Below, in pieces: positions 10,273-20,905 of a DNA stretch of 64,000 bases; the stretch's first letter is position 1, and each line of letters starts with the position of its first letter. Below the pieces are notes generated by a model that was given only the letters and a program-made list of their open reading frames with translations, did no database searches and was not told the DNA's origin. Made by a program: the position numbers and the translations under genes. This DNA is from an uncultured cyanobacterium (GTDB lineage Bacteria > Cyanobacteriota > Cyanobacteriia > Cyanobacteriales > Microcystaceae). Location: positions 1-64,000 of the forward strand of contig CAWEDJ010000093.1 of NCBI GenBank assembly GCA_963807635.1, in the 5' to 3' direction.

Positions 10273-10573
10273 ATGTCTCAAGCTCATGTTTTAAATTTAG
10301 ATGAATCGGGGCGCGATCAAGCTCAAACCCAAATCAGAATCAAAATTCCCCAAAAAACATCACAATGAACCGATTATTTTTCAACTCGCTTCTCGTCATC
10401 AGTTAGAAGTCAATATTCAAGCGGCGATTCTGGGCGCAAATGCCGAAGGAAGTGGTTGGTTTGATTTACTCTTAAAAGGATCTTCTGACTCTATTGATAA
10501 TGCCTTGCTTTATTTATCTGAATTAGATGTTGAAATCCTAAATCGCGATCGCCAAGAAATTGACGGTTGGTAA
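10273..10573 (+). CDS. NIL-domain small protein (frameshift in the CCCCAAAAAA run)
   Basis: GGAGG RBS then ATG at 10273. Sequence IRIKIP..HNEPII..L..LEVNIQAAILG...GWFDLLLKG. Located between sbpA and cysT. Confidence 0.8.
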
Positions 10574-10645
10574 ATTAAAGTCCCCTTTCCCAAGGGAGAT
10601 TTAGGGGGATAAAAATATTTTCAAAAACTTTATTGATAAAAAATA

Positions 10646-11500
10646 ATGAACAATACCGTCGATCATTCTTCTCAAATTGTCAATAAAAACCAAAATACGC
10701 TTTGGTCAAGAATTTCTATTCCCTGGATAGTTACCATTGTCTATTTATTATTTATACTGATTCTTCCCATCGCGGCCCTTACAACCAAATCCTTAACTCT
10801 CGGTTGGGGAAAATTCTGGGAAGTTGCCAGTTCTCCTATTGCTATTTCTGCCTATAACGTAACTTTTTTAACCTCCCTAGCCGCAGGATTAATCAATGGG
10901 GTAATGGGAAGTTTGATCGCCTGGGTTTTAGTCCGCTATGAATTCCCTTTTAAAAAAGTTGTGGATGCCGCAGTCGATATTCCCTTTGCTCTACCGACTT
11001 CAGTTGCAGGTTTAGTTTTAGCAACGGTTTATAGCGAAAAAGGCTGGATTGGTCAATTATTTGTCCCCTTTGGCCTTAAGATTGCTTTCACTCGTTGGGA
11101 AGTCTTTGTTGCCATGTTGTTTATCTCCCTGCCCTTTGTTGTGAGAACATTGCAACCCGTTTTACAGGAATTAGAAGACGAAACCGAAGAGGCTGCTTGG
11201 TCATTAGGAGCAACGGAATTTCAAACCTTTTGGCGTGTGATTTTTCCGCCCTTAATTCCGCCGATTTTAACAGGAGTTGCGTTAGGTTTCTCTAGAGCCG
11301 TTGGAGAATACGGTTCTGTTGTTTTAGTCGCTTCTAATATCCCGTTTAAAGATTTAATTGCCCCTGTTTTAGTATTCCAGCGTTTAGAAGAATATGACTA
11401 CACAGGAGCGACTGTTATTGGAGCGGTCTTACTGCTATTTTCCCTCATTCTTTTATTAGTTATTAATCTGTTGCAACAGTGGGGCCTGTCGCTATGCTAA
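10646..11500 (+). CDS. cysT: Sulfate ABC transporter permease CysT
   Basis: VDIPFALPTSVAG, EEAAWSLGA (EAA loop) and FSRAVGEYG. Confidence 0.95.
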   Translation: MNNTVDHSSQIVNKNQNTLWSRISIPWIVTIVYLLFILILPIAALTTKSLTLGWGKFWEVASSPIAISAYNVTFLTSLAAGLINGVMGSLIAWVLVRYEFPFKKVVDAAVDIPFALPTSVAGLVLATVYSEKGWIGQLFVPFGLKIAFTRWEVFVAMLFISLPFVVRTLQPVLQELEDETEEAAWSLGATEFQTFWRVIFPPLIPPILTGVALGFSRAVGEYGSVVLVASNIPFKDLIAPVLVFQRLEEYDYTGATVIGAVLLLFSLILLLVINLLQQWGLSLC

Positions 11501-12305
11501 TTAGTAAGTTTTCTAAGACCTGGTTAATTGCTATTGCCTTAATTTATTTAGCATTAATTATTCTAATTCCCACTGTCACCGTATTCTATGAAGCGTTTCA
11601 CAAAGGAGTCGAACCGTTTTTAACCTCTCTCCAATCTCCTGATTTTCTGGCGGCAGTTCAATTAACAGTAATGATTGCCCTGATCACCGTTCCCCTCAAT
11701 ACTGTTTTTGGACTTTGTGCGGCTTGGGTATTAGCTCGCAATCAATTTCCTGTCGCGCTTTATTTATGAGCATTGTTGACTTACCCTTTTCCATTTCTCC
11801 CGTTGTGGCAGGCTTGATGATTGTTCTTCTCTATGGACAAAAAGGTTGGATTGGCAGTTGGTTTCATGCAAAAGATATTCAACTAATTTTTGCTCTACCT
11901 GGCATGGTTCTCGCGACTATTTTTGTGACTCTTCCCTTTGTTGCACGAGAAGTTATCCCCGTATTAGAAGAAATGGGAAGCGACCAAGAAGAAGCGGCTC
12001 GGACATTAGGCGCAAAAGATTGGCAAATTTTCTGGCGGATTACCTTACCCAATATTCGTTGGGGTTTGTTGTATGGAGTTTTGTTGACCAATGCGAGGGC
12101 AATGGGAGAATTTGGTGCGGTGTCTGTTGTTTCTGGTAGTATTATCGGAGAAACTGCAACCTTACCAATTTTTGTCGAACAAGCTTACAAAAATTACCAA
12201 ACGGAAGCCGCTTTTAGTGCCGCCGTGATTCTCGCTTTATTGGCAGCCGTAACGTTAGTTGTCAAAGAAGTTCTAGAACGATATACGGGTAGAAAAGCCC
12301 ATTAA
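11494..12305 (+). CDS. cysW: Sulfate ABC transporter permease CysW (frameshift near 11750)
   Basis: VDLPFSISPVVAG, EEAARTLGA and NARAMGEFGAV across two ORFs. Confidence 0.93.
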
Positions 12306-12330
12306 TTTTATTTATTCTTTTTAAAAAATC

Positions 12331-13383
12331 ATGAGTATTTTTGTTAATAACGTCTCCAAAAAATTCGGTAATTTTCAAGCTTTAGAAAATATCAATTTAG
12401 AAGTCAAAGAAGGAAAATTAGTTGCCCTTCTTGGCCCTTCAGGTTCGGGAAAATCGACTCTCCTCAGAGCGATCGCGGGATTGGAACCACCCGATCAAGG
12501 TAGTATTCTGATTAACGGACAAGATGCCACCCATGTTGATATCCGCAAACGCAATATTGGTTTTGTGTTTCAGCATTACGCCCTCTTTAAACATTTAACC
12601 ATTCGTAAAAATATTGCCTTTGGCCTAGAAATTCGCAAAACTCCTGTTAAACAAATTAAAGAACGAGTCGAAGAACTGTTAGAACTTATTCAACTTAAAG
12701 GACTCGGCGATCGCGATCCTTCCCAACTTTCTGGCGGTCAACGGCAACGGGTCGCTTTAGCTAGAGCATTGGCCGCACAACCTTAAGTTTTGCTGTTAGA
12801 TGAACCCTTTGGAGCCTTGGATGCAAAAGTTAGAAAAGAATTAAGAGATTGGTTACGAAATTTGCACGATGAAGTTCATTTAACCAGTATTTTTGTGACC
12901 CATGATCAAGAAGAAGCAATGGGAGTTGCCGATGAAATTGTGGTGATGAATAATGGCAAAATCGAACAAATTGGCACACCTGCCCAAATTTATGACCATC
13001 CTGCCACGCCTTTTGTGATGAGTTTTATTGGGGAAGTGAATGTGTTACCGAGTTCGGCTCCTTTATTTCAAAATAATGGTCAGGATGTTATCAAAACAAA
13101 CGGTTATCATGCGTCCTATTCCGCCTTTGTTCGTCCCCACGATCTAGCCGTGCAAACTGAAAGCGATGAAGTCACCAGTCAGGCAGTGATTAAGCGGATT
13201 ACCCATTTAGGTTGGGAAATTCAGGTAGAATTAATCTTACCCGATGAGCAATCTGTCGTGGCCCATTTAAGTCGTGAACAATTTGCTGAATTGGATTTAC
13301 ACATTAATCAAACGGTATTTATTAAACCCCGTCAAACAAAGTTTTTCTCTGAATCTAGTGGATTTCTGAATTTTGCGATTTAA
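12331..13383 (+). CDS. cysA: Sulfate ABC transporter ATP-binding protein CysA (in-frame TAA at 12784-12786)
   Basis: Walker [28 protein letters not shown] and a TOBE-like C-terminus. Both ORFs are in the same frame. Confidence 0.93.
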
Positions 13384-13463
13384 TTTTCTATGCAAAGGCA
13401 TAATATATTATGTCCCTACAACTATTTTTTATCTCTCTGGTTAACTAATTTACACAAAATATC

Positions 13464-14696
13464 ATGAAATACCAGGTAGTTCGCAATGAAAAATATGATT
13501 TTGCCGGACAATCCTATAGTGCCGTTTATCCCAATTTACATAAGTATCCTGCCACAATGTTACCCCAAATTGGCATTGAGTTACTTAAAGAACTAAATAT
13601 TTCAACAGGTAAATTACTTGATCCTTATTGTGGTTCAGGATCATCTTTTGCGAGTGCTTTAGAATGTGGCATCACTGAAATGTTTGGCTTTGATATTAAT
13701 CCTTTAGCAATTTTAATTTCTAAGGCTAAATATACCAAAATTTCGATTAAAAAAATCACAGAAGTCAAAACCCAATTACGCCATCAAATCTTTGAATTTA
13801 TTAAACATGAAGACAATTTTAAAAAATTAACATTACCGAAAATCACCAACATTAACTTTTGGTTTTCCCAGGAAGTCTTACAAAATCTCAATGTGATTAA
13901 GCATTTTCTGGATCAAATCGAAGATGAAAAGATCAAACGCTTTTTCCGAGTTCCTTTTTCTGAAACCGTTCGAGAATGTTCCTACACCAGGAATAATGAA
14001 TTTAAACTGTATAAAATGAAATCTGAGGCAATTTTAAATTTTAATCCTGATGTTTTTGGGGTTTATTTTAAAAAAGTCAACGACGCGATCGCAATTTATG
14101 AAAATTTCTATTATCCCAAACTGAATAATATTAAAATTGATATTCAATATTCAAAATTTGAACCCTCTAAAAATACCTTTGATGTTGTACTGACCAGTCC
14201 ACCCTACGGAGACAGTCGGACAACGGTTGCCTACGGACAATTTTCGACCTTATCCAATGAATGGGCGGGAATTGATTACGCGAGAAAAATTGATGGAATG
14301 TTAATGGGAGGAGTGAAATCAAAGGAACTATTTCTAGAGGGAATAATCGCCGATTATATTACTGAAATTAATCAAGAAAATAATAAGAGAGCCTTGGAAG
14401 TATCTGCTTTTTATGAAGATTTAGGACACTCTATTGATAGAATTGCTCAAAGCATTAATTTAGGTGGAAAAAGTATTTATGTGGTAGGCAATAGAACGGT
14501 TAAAAAGATTCAACTTCCCACTGATCAATTTATCGCTGAACGCTTTGAAAAAAATGGCTGTAAACATTTAGTAACTTACAAAAGAGCCTTAAGTAGTAAA
14601 GCGATGCCTTCTAAAAATTCCCCTAGTAATCAAACAGGAAATACGGTGAATACTATGCTCTATGAATATATTATTATTAGCGAAAAAAGTTATTAA
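13464..14696 (+). CDS. N4-cytosine DNA methyltransferase, M.MvaI/M.AvaI-like, orphan
   Basis: HKYPA, SAM motif DPYCGSGS preceding catalytic TSPPYGDSRTTVAYGQFS, plus FSETVR..S.TRNNEFKLY and MPSKNSP. Confidence 0.88.
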   Translation: MKYQVVRNEKYDFAGQSYSAVYPNLHKYPATMLPQIGIELLKELNISTGKLLDPYCGSGSSFASALECGITEMFGFDINPLAILISKAKYTKISIKKITEVKTQLRHQIFEFIKHEDNFKKLTLPKITNINFWFSQEVLQNLNVIKHFLDQIEDEKIKRFFRVPFSETVRECSYTRNNEFKLYKMKSEAILNFNPDVFGVYFKKVNDAIAIYENFYYPKLNNIKIDIQYSKFEPSKNTFDVVLTSPPYGDSRTTVAYGQFSTLSNEWAGIDYARKIDGMLMGGVKSKELFLEGIIADYITEINQENNKRALEVSAFYEDLGHSIDRIAQSINLGGKSIYVVGNRTVKKIQLPTDQFIAERFEKNGCKHLVTYKRALSSKAMPSKNSPSNQTGNTVNTMLYEYIIISEKSY

Positions 14697-14822
14697 TAAA
14701 TTTAGCTAAAAGGGGGAACGCAATTCGCCCCTACTGATCATAGTTTTAAGTTTTTGTAGGGGGGCAAGGCTTACACCCAATTTGCTTGCGGCCAAAAGTA
14801 GCAATTAGCAATTTTGATCTTT

Positions 14823-16796
14823 TTAAATAACCCGTTCATTTCCTCCATCAATGGGTAATTGGGCGGCAGTGGTTTTACTAAATAAAGGGCCACACATTTC
14901 GGCGGCAAGTTCGGCCACATCTCGACTGGTAATTTCCACCTTTAATAAATTATTGGTTTTGTAATCTTCGATGCTCAAACCGTAATGTTTTGCCCTGGCA
15001 GTCAACACTTCCTCTGTCCAAATTCCTGTATCAAATACGGCGTTGGGATGCAAGGTATTGAGTCGGATGCGATCGCGTCCCCATTCTAGAGCCGTTACCC
15101 GAATTAACTGATTTAAGGCGGCTTTTGAAACGGAGTAGGCGGCAACCCCAGGGCCTGGAGCGGTCACATTTTTTGAACCGATCACTACAACGCGACCCCC
15201 TTTAAAAGCGAGTTTGAGGAAAGGATAACATTCGCGCAACAGCATTAAATTGGTATCCAAATTCAGATTCATCACCTTTTGCCATTGGGATTGGCTTAGG
15301 TCAGCAACTCGACAACTGGGCGGAAAAATCCCTGCATTCAAAACCAAAATATCCAAACCGCCAAAGGTTTCGATCCCCTTCGTTAACGCTTGATTAAAAG
15401 CCGTTTCATCGGTTAAATCGCATTGAATCCCACAAAAATCGACTCTTTCGTGTAAAATTTCAATTTCAGGCTGAATATCGAGAGCAATTACCGCTGCTCC
15501 CCGTTTTAAAAGGGATTCCACACAGGCTTTGCCGATACCCGATGCTCCTCCTGTAACCAAAGCGACTTCTCCCGTAAAAATGGGCGAATTTCCCCCCGTG
15601 CGTAATTTTGCCTGTTCCAAATCCCAATATTCGACTTCAAAAATATCCGTCGCAGAAAGAGCTTGATAACCGCCTAATTGGGTTGCCCGTTCAATAATTT
15701 CAAGCGTGTGTTGGTAAATATCAGACGCGATCGCGGCACTTTTGGCCGTTTGTCCAATGGTGCAGAGTCCTAATTCGGGGTCGAGAATAACGCGGGGAGC
15801 CGCATCCAGCATGGTTTTGGGATCTTTTGCTTTAGCGGATTCGGTGTTGAAATAGGTTTTATAGGCTTCGGCGTAGGCTCGAACATCCCGACCGATCTGA
15901 GGGATACGTTTGGTGCGGATCACATGATCGGGGGTGGCGGGGCCTTGTTGGGAGATTAAAGCTAAATCAGGACGTTGGGCGAAATTTAAGCTTTGATTAT
16001 CCGTTTTACGGTTAAAAATAACGGAAAATCCTGCTATTTGAGAAACTTCGGCTCGCAGGTTGGCTAAACTTTGACTAATCGGTTGAGTGGGAACTATCGG
16101 TTGTTTTTTTTCTAATTCCCAAGCTCCCTCTTGCTTTAAATAATCTTCCGCTAAATTTACCAAATCAATCATGCGATCGTAGGCTTCTTTTGCTGTTGCT
16201 CCAAAGGAAAAAATTCCATGATTCATTAACACCATGCCAATCGTTTGTTCTCCTGCTTCGGCGGCAAATTTTTCGGCACAAACCCGTGCTAAATCAAAGC
16301 CTGGCATGACGTAGGGAATAATCACTAATTTATCGCCATAAATCGATTGAATTCGCTCTAATCCGTCTGCCGTATTCGTAATCGTCACCACCGCATCGGC
16401 ATGGGTATGATCCACATATTTATAGGGCAGAATGGCATGGAGAATCGTTTCCACCGAAGGCGACGGCGCACTAGCACGGGTCATCTGGGTTTTGAGTTCA
16501 TTGACCATCTGGGGATCGGGCAAAGAATTTAATTTCGCCAACTTCAACAAATGGGGCATACGGACGGGCGCAAATCCTGCTTCCTCAATGGTGGCCAAAT
16601 CCCAACCACTGCCTTTGACGTACAAAATATCTTCCGTTTCTCCGACAATATTCGTTTCCTGCACTTTAACCGAGGTATTACCGCCGCCGTGCAACACTAA
16701 AGACGGATTCCGTCCCAAAAGGCGGGATGTATAAACTCTTTGGGCTAAATCTCCCTGATAATGAGCCGCTTGCTGGTCATCCCACAAATTTTTCAT
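14823..16796 (-). CDS. Bifunctional class II aldolase / short-chain dehydrogenase (rhamnulose-1-phosphate aldolase/dehydrogenase-like)
   Basis: GGGNTSVK, PSVETILH, HTHAD and TPDH, then an SDR domain with TGGASGIG and YSVSK. Confidence 0.9.
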   Translation of the reverse strand: MKNLWDDQQAAHYQGDLAQRVYTSRLLGRNPSLVLHGGGNTSVKVQETNIVGETEDILYVKGSGWDLATIEEAGFAPVRMPHLLKLAKLNSLPDPQMVNELKTQMTRASAPSPSVETILHAILPYKYVDHTHADAVVTITNTADGLERIQSIYGDKLVIIPYVMPGFDLARVCAEKFAAEAGEQTIGMVLMNHGIFSFGATAKEAYDRMIDLVNLAEDYLKQEGAWELEKKQPIVPTQPISQSLANLRAEVSQIAGFSVIFNRKTDNQSLNFAQRPDLALISQQGPATPDHVIRTKRIPQIGRDVRAYAEAYKTYFNTESAKAKDPKTMLDAAPRVILDPELGLCTIGQTAKSAAIASDIYQHTLEIIERATQLGGYQALSATDIFEVEYWDLEQAKLRTGGNSPIFTGEVALVTGGASGIGKACVESLLKRGAAVIALDIQPEIEILHERVDFCGIQCDLTDETAFNQALTKGIETFGGLDILVLNAGIFPPSCRVADLSQSQWQKVMNLNLDTNLMLLRECYPFLKLAFKGGRVVVIGSKNVTAPGPGVAAYSVSKAALNQLIRVTALEWGRDRIRLNTLHPNAVFDTGIWTEEVLTARAKHYGLSIEDYKTNNLLKVEITSRDVAELAAEMCGPLFSKTTAAQLPIDGGNERVI

Positions 16797-16964
16797 AGTA
16801 AACTAAGGTTAATTTTTATCTTTGGATTACATCTTTTAAAAAATAAGATACCATAAAATATCTTTAAATACAGAACTTTACGATAAGTTTCATCCATTGT
16901 AGGGACATAATATATTATGTTCTTCTTCGCCCCCATAGATAATTTATTTAAGGAGTAAAAAAGT

Positions 16965-18088
16965 GTGAATGATGAACGAATTTATTGGTTAGCTTGGTCA
17001 ACCATTAAGGGCGTTGCCCAATTCTATTAAAACGTATTCAGCAACATTTTGACCACCTAGAAAATGCATGGAAAGCATCGCCAAAAGCCCTCGGAGAAGT
17101 CAACGGTTTAGGCGGAAAATTGATCCAAACCATTCTAGAGCAACGGGGCAAAATTGATCCTGTTCAATTATTAGAAGATCATTCCCAAAAAAATCCTAAC
17201 TTTTGGACTCCAAGCGATCGCGATTATCCCAGTTTATTATGGGAAATTCCCAGTCCTCCTCCTGTTCTGTATTATTACGGTCAGGTTAATTCAAAAGAAA
17301 ATTCAGGCGTGATTCCAGGCATTGGCATTGTGGGAACGCGATCGCCGACAGAACATGGTCGCCGTTGGACAAGAAAAATTGCGACGGGACTGGCTAACAG
17401 TGGCTTTACCGTTGTGTCAGGCATGGCCGCAGGGATTGATGGCGATGCTCACCAGAGTTGTTTAAACGCAGGGGGTAGGACGATCGCTGTGTTGGGAACG
17501 GGACTCGATTTAATTTATCCGCCCCAACACCGTCAATTGTTTGAAGAAATTGCAAGCCAGGGTTTGATCGTCACGGAATATGCCGTCGGAACGAAACCAG
17601 AACGGGGGAATTTTCCCGCCAGAAATCGCATTATTGCGGGTCTTAGTCGAGCCATTTTAGTGATGGAAGGAGATGAGCGATCGGGAGCTTTGATCACCGC
17701 TAAATATGCCAATGAATTTGGGCGAGATATTTATGCTTTACCCAATTCTCCTGATGTTCTCCAGGCGAAAGGTTGTTTAACCCTAATCCATAATGGAGCA
17801 GAAATTATTATTGAACAAGAAAAATTATTAGCTAACTTGGGCGCGATTCCCACCTTAGAACCGACCCAACAATTATCATTATTTAATGCCACTCAACCAG
17901 AAAAATTACCCGATTTAGACCCCATTTGCCTAAAAGTTTTTCAAGTTTTAAATCAGGAATTAATGGGATTTGATAGTATTATTGAATTATCAGGATTAGG
18001 CGCGAGCGAAGTGTCAGGAAAATTATTAGAATTGGAGTTACTGGGATTAGTAAAACAATTACCAGGAATGCGCTATCAAAAAAGTTAA
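16965..18088 (+). CDS. dprA: DNA-processing protein DprA (frameshift near 17016)
   Basis: IVGTR, VSGMAAGIDG, FPARNRIIAGLS and a C-terminal wHTH. The N-terminus ERIYWLAW.. lies in another frame after an AAGGAG RBS. Confidence 0.93.
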
Positions 18089-18091
18089 TCC

Positions 18092-18979
18092 CTATTCTTC
18101 TAATCTTTTTAAAGCTTCTTGAGCAATATTTTTAATGGATTTATGAGATAGATTGTAATAACGTAAGGTGGTTTGCACAGTGTCATGACCCATTAAAATT
18201 TGCAGATCTTGAACTGCCATGAATTCAACTCGTTCCATCGCAAAAGTATGACGAATATCTTGAAGCCGACAGTCTTTTAATTCAGTATTTTGACTAATTA
18301 AATTTACCCAATCTCGATAGGCGGTGCGATAATGTAAACGACTCACGATTTTACTCTTAGGTTGCTGGGCAGTAAATAGAGCAGAATGGCCCGAATGTCG
18401 ATAATGTTGCAAATAATAGTCTAAAACTCGCGCCAAATTTTCGCCATAAAAACACCAACGGGATTGATGATATTGATTCATCACTTCAAAACAGCGATCG
18501 CCTAAATTAATCTGATCGAGATCTAGGGCGAGAATTTCAGAAATATTTGCCCCCGTTTGATGTAACAAAAGAATGAGGGTATGGAGGCGAGAATTGGGTT
18601 CAATAAGATGATATAAAAGGCTTAATTGTTCTGAGGTCAAATAACGAATTTGTTCAATATTTTTATCTTGATTGACAGTCTTATGACTTTTTCGAGATTT
18701 AAGATAGGCGATCGCCTTTATTTCTAAATAGCCCTGTTCAACAGCAAAATTAAACAAAGCGCGAATCGTTGCCCGATGACGATTATGGGTATTTTCCGCA
18801 AGGTGAGTCAAACTGGCTAAATAGGCTTCAACGGCTTCTTCTGTCACCATTTCTATCGGCGATCGCCCGTATCTTCGCAAAAAAGGTAATAGGGTCATTT
18901 CGTAGGAATGGACAGTATTCGGACTGAGTTCTGCTCTGTCTAGAAATTGAGTGGCCACCATCGCCAGGGTAGTTGTCAT
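18092..18979 (-). CDS. Tyrosine recombinase/integrase family protein with substituted catalytic residues
   Basis: N-terminal core-binding domain (LSPNTVHSY...IRALFNFA), TGANISEILALD, QDIRHTFA and LMGH..QTTLRY. Confidence 0.85.
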   Translation of the reverse strand: MTTTLAMVATQFLDRAELSPNTVHSYEMTLLPFLRRYGRSPIEMVTEEAVEAYLASLTHLAENTHNRHRATIRALFNFAVEQGYLEIKAIAYLKSRKSHKTVNQDKNIEQIRYLTSEQLSLLYHLIEPNSRLHTLILLLHQTGANISEILALDLDQINLGDRCFEVMNQYHQSRWCFYGENLARVLDYYLQHYRHSGHSALFTAQQPKSKIVSRLHYRTAYRDWVNLISQNTELKDCRLQDIRHTFAMERVEFMAVQDLQILMGHDTVQTTLRYYNLSHKSIKNIAQEALKRLEE

Positions 18980-19289
18980 TGTTATTTTTAAATATATTCA
19001 AGGTGATAAATTTTTTTAAATTAATTAAGGTTCAGAAATACAGCAGATCTCGTCATAATAAAAAATCAAATATTTGTAGGGACATAATACTATGATGTCC
19101 TTGATTCTGTACGGAGATTAATAGTCAAGGGGGTGCGGTATGGGGTTATAAAAAGCCGTATTTTGATGATTCAATTCATAGTCAATCATTCTTAGCTCAC
19201 TATAAATTATCCCAAAAAGCCTAACAACCCTACCAAAACTTGCTAAGATCAACAACGCTAAACCCACAAAAAAAGTTTGTTATTCTCTC

Positions 19290-19628
19290 ATGTCCAAGAA
19301 CCCCAACGCCGAAATCCACACCTACAAAGCTGAGATCGATTACCAAGGAAAAATCCATACAATTGAAGTAACTAGTAACAAAACGGTTCTGCAATCGGCC
19401 CATGATGCAGGAATTGATTTACCGACCTCCTGTGGTGCGGGCGTTTGTACCACCTGTGCCGCCCTGATAAAAAAAGGAAAAGTGGCTCAAGAAGAAGGCA
19501 TGGGAGTCTCCCTGGAATTGCAGGCGGAAGGTTATGCCCTGTTATGTGTGTCCTATCCCCTTTCTGATTTAGTCATTGAAACGGAAAAAGAAGATGAGGT
19601 TTATACCCGTCAATTCAAACAAGCCTAA
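19290..19628 (+). CDS. 2Fe-2S ferredoxin
   Basis: LPTSCGAGVCTTCAA...LLCVSYP. Confidence 0.92.
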   Translation: MSKNPNAEIHTYKAEIDYQGKIHTIEVTSNKTVLQSAHDAGIDLPTSCGAGVCTTCAALIKKGKVAQEEGMGVSLELQAEGYALLCVSYPLSDLVIETEKEDEVYTRQFKQA

Positions 19629-19708
19629 GCGATCGCGTCCTGGCTAGAGATTTCTTTTTCAAAGTGTCATAATTTAACATAACACTATTATTTTTCGAGA
19701 TAAACGCC

Positions 19709-20635
19709 GTGACGACTCCTTCTCCATCCCAACAACAATGGCGCGAAGAAATCACCCAACTTCCCACCTGGTTACGACGACCCATCGGTAAGGCCAGCGA
19801 ACTTTCGACTGTTCAACAAATTGTTAAACAACGTCAAATCCATACCATTTGTGAAGAAGGGCGTTGTCCCAATCGGGCGGAATGCTATGCCAACAAAACG
19901 GCGACTTTTTTGCTGATGGGGCCTGTTTGTACCCGTGCCTGTGCCTTTTGTCAGGTGGATAAGGGTCACGCACCGATCGCCTTAGATCCTGAAGAACCTC
20001 AAAAAGTCGCTGAAGCTGTTGAATTATTGGGATTGCGCTATGTGGTTTTAACTTCAGTGGCACGGGATGATCTGGCCGATGGGGGAGCTGATTGGTTTGT
20101 GAAGGTGATGTCTGCTATTCGCGATCGCAATCCAGAGACTCAAATTGAAGTCCTCACGCCCGATTTTTGGGGAGGAGTAGAGCGAGAAGTTAGTCAAAAA
20201 GAACGGGTTTTAACCGTCACTAAAGCAAAACCCGCTTGTTATAACCACAATATTGAAACCGTTGAGCGATTACAGGGAGTTGTGCGTCGTGGGGCCAAAT
20301 ATCAGCGATCGCTGGACGTGTTACGGTTGGTGAAAGAACAGGATAGTTCTGTTGCCACTAAATCGGGACTGATGTTGGGTCACGGCGAAACAGAGAGCGA
20401 AATTATTCAAGCAATGGAAGATTTACGCGCTATTGATTGCGATCGCCTCACCTTGGGTCAATATATGCGTCCTTCCTTGGAACATTTACCCGTGAAAAAG
20501 TATTGGACACCCGCCGAATTTGATCAGTTAGGCGCGATCGCCCGTTCGTTGGGATTTAGTCAAGTCCGTTCTGGCCCACTGGTGCGGAGTTCCTATCATG
20601 CAGGAGAAGAGGATATTTCTAACAATATTATCTAG
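19709..20635 (+). CDS. lipA: Lipoyl synthase
   Basis: [20 protein letters not shown] and RSSYHA. Confidence 0.96.
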   Translation: MTTPSPSQQQWREEITQLPTWLRRPIGKASELSTVQQIVKQRQIHTICEEGRCPNRAECYANKTATFLLMGPVCTRACAFCQVDKGHAPIALDPEEPQKVAEAVELLGLRYVVLTSVARDDLADGGADWFVKVMSAIRDRNPETQIEVLTPDFWGGVEREVSQKERVLTVTKAKPACYNHNIETVERLQGVVRRGAKYQRSLDVLRLVKEQDSSVATKSGLMLGHGETESEIIQAMEDLRAIDCDRLTLGQYMRPSLEHLPVKKYWTPAEFDQLGAIARSLGFSQVRSGPLVRSSYHAGEEDISNNII

Positions 20636-20695
20636 CCATCCATTGCATAGTCCCTTAATTTTTCTTTACATTTATCCCATACTGTCTGAACCGAT

Positions 20696-20725
20696 AAAAA
20701 CAGGATAGCAACCTGCTTTTTTTTT
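20696..20725 (+). terminator. Probable intrinsic terminator after lipA
   Basis: Short CAGG-ATAGCAA-CCTG hairpin followed by a T-run. Confidence 0.4.
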
Positions 20726-20905
20726 AGTATCAAAGATTACAAAGACCCTTTTAGATTGCAAACGAGTAAATATACGCAAAAAAAGTTATCTCTGATTAAA
20801 AACTTGCAAAAAAGCCGTATTTTCTCGATTATTGAATAGATTCATCCCTTTATAGACTGAAGTGATAGCAAGAAACTTTTAACTTTCTTTCTGTCAACTT
20901 TTTGA

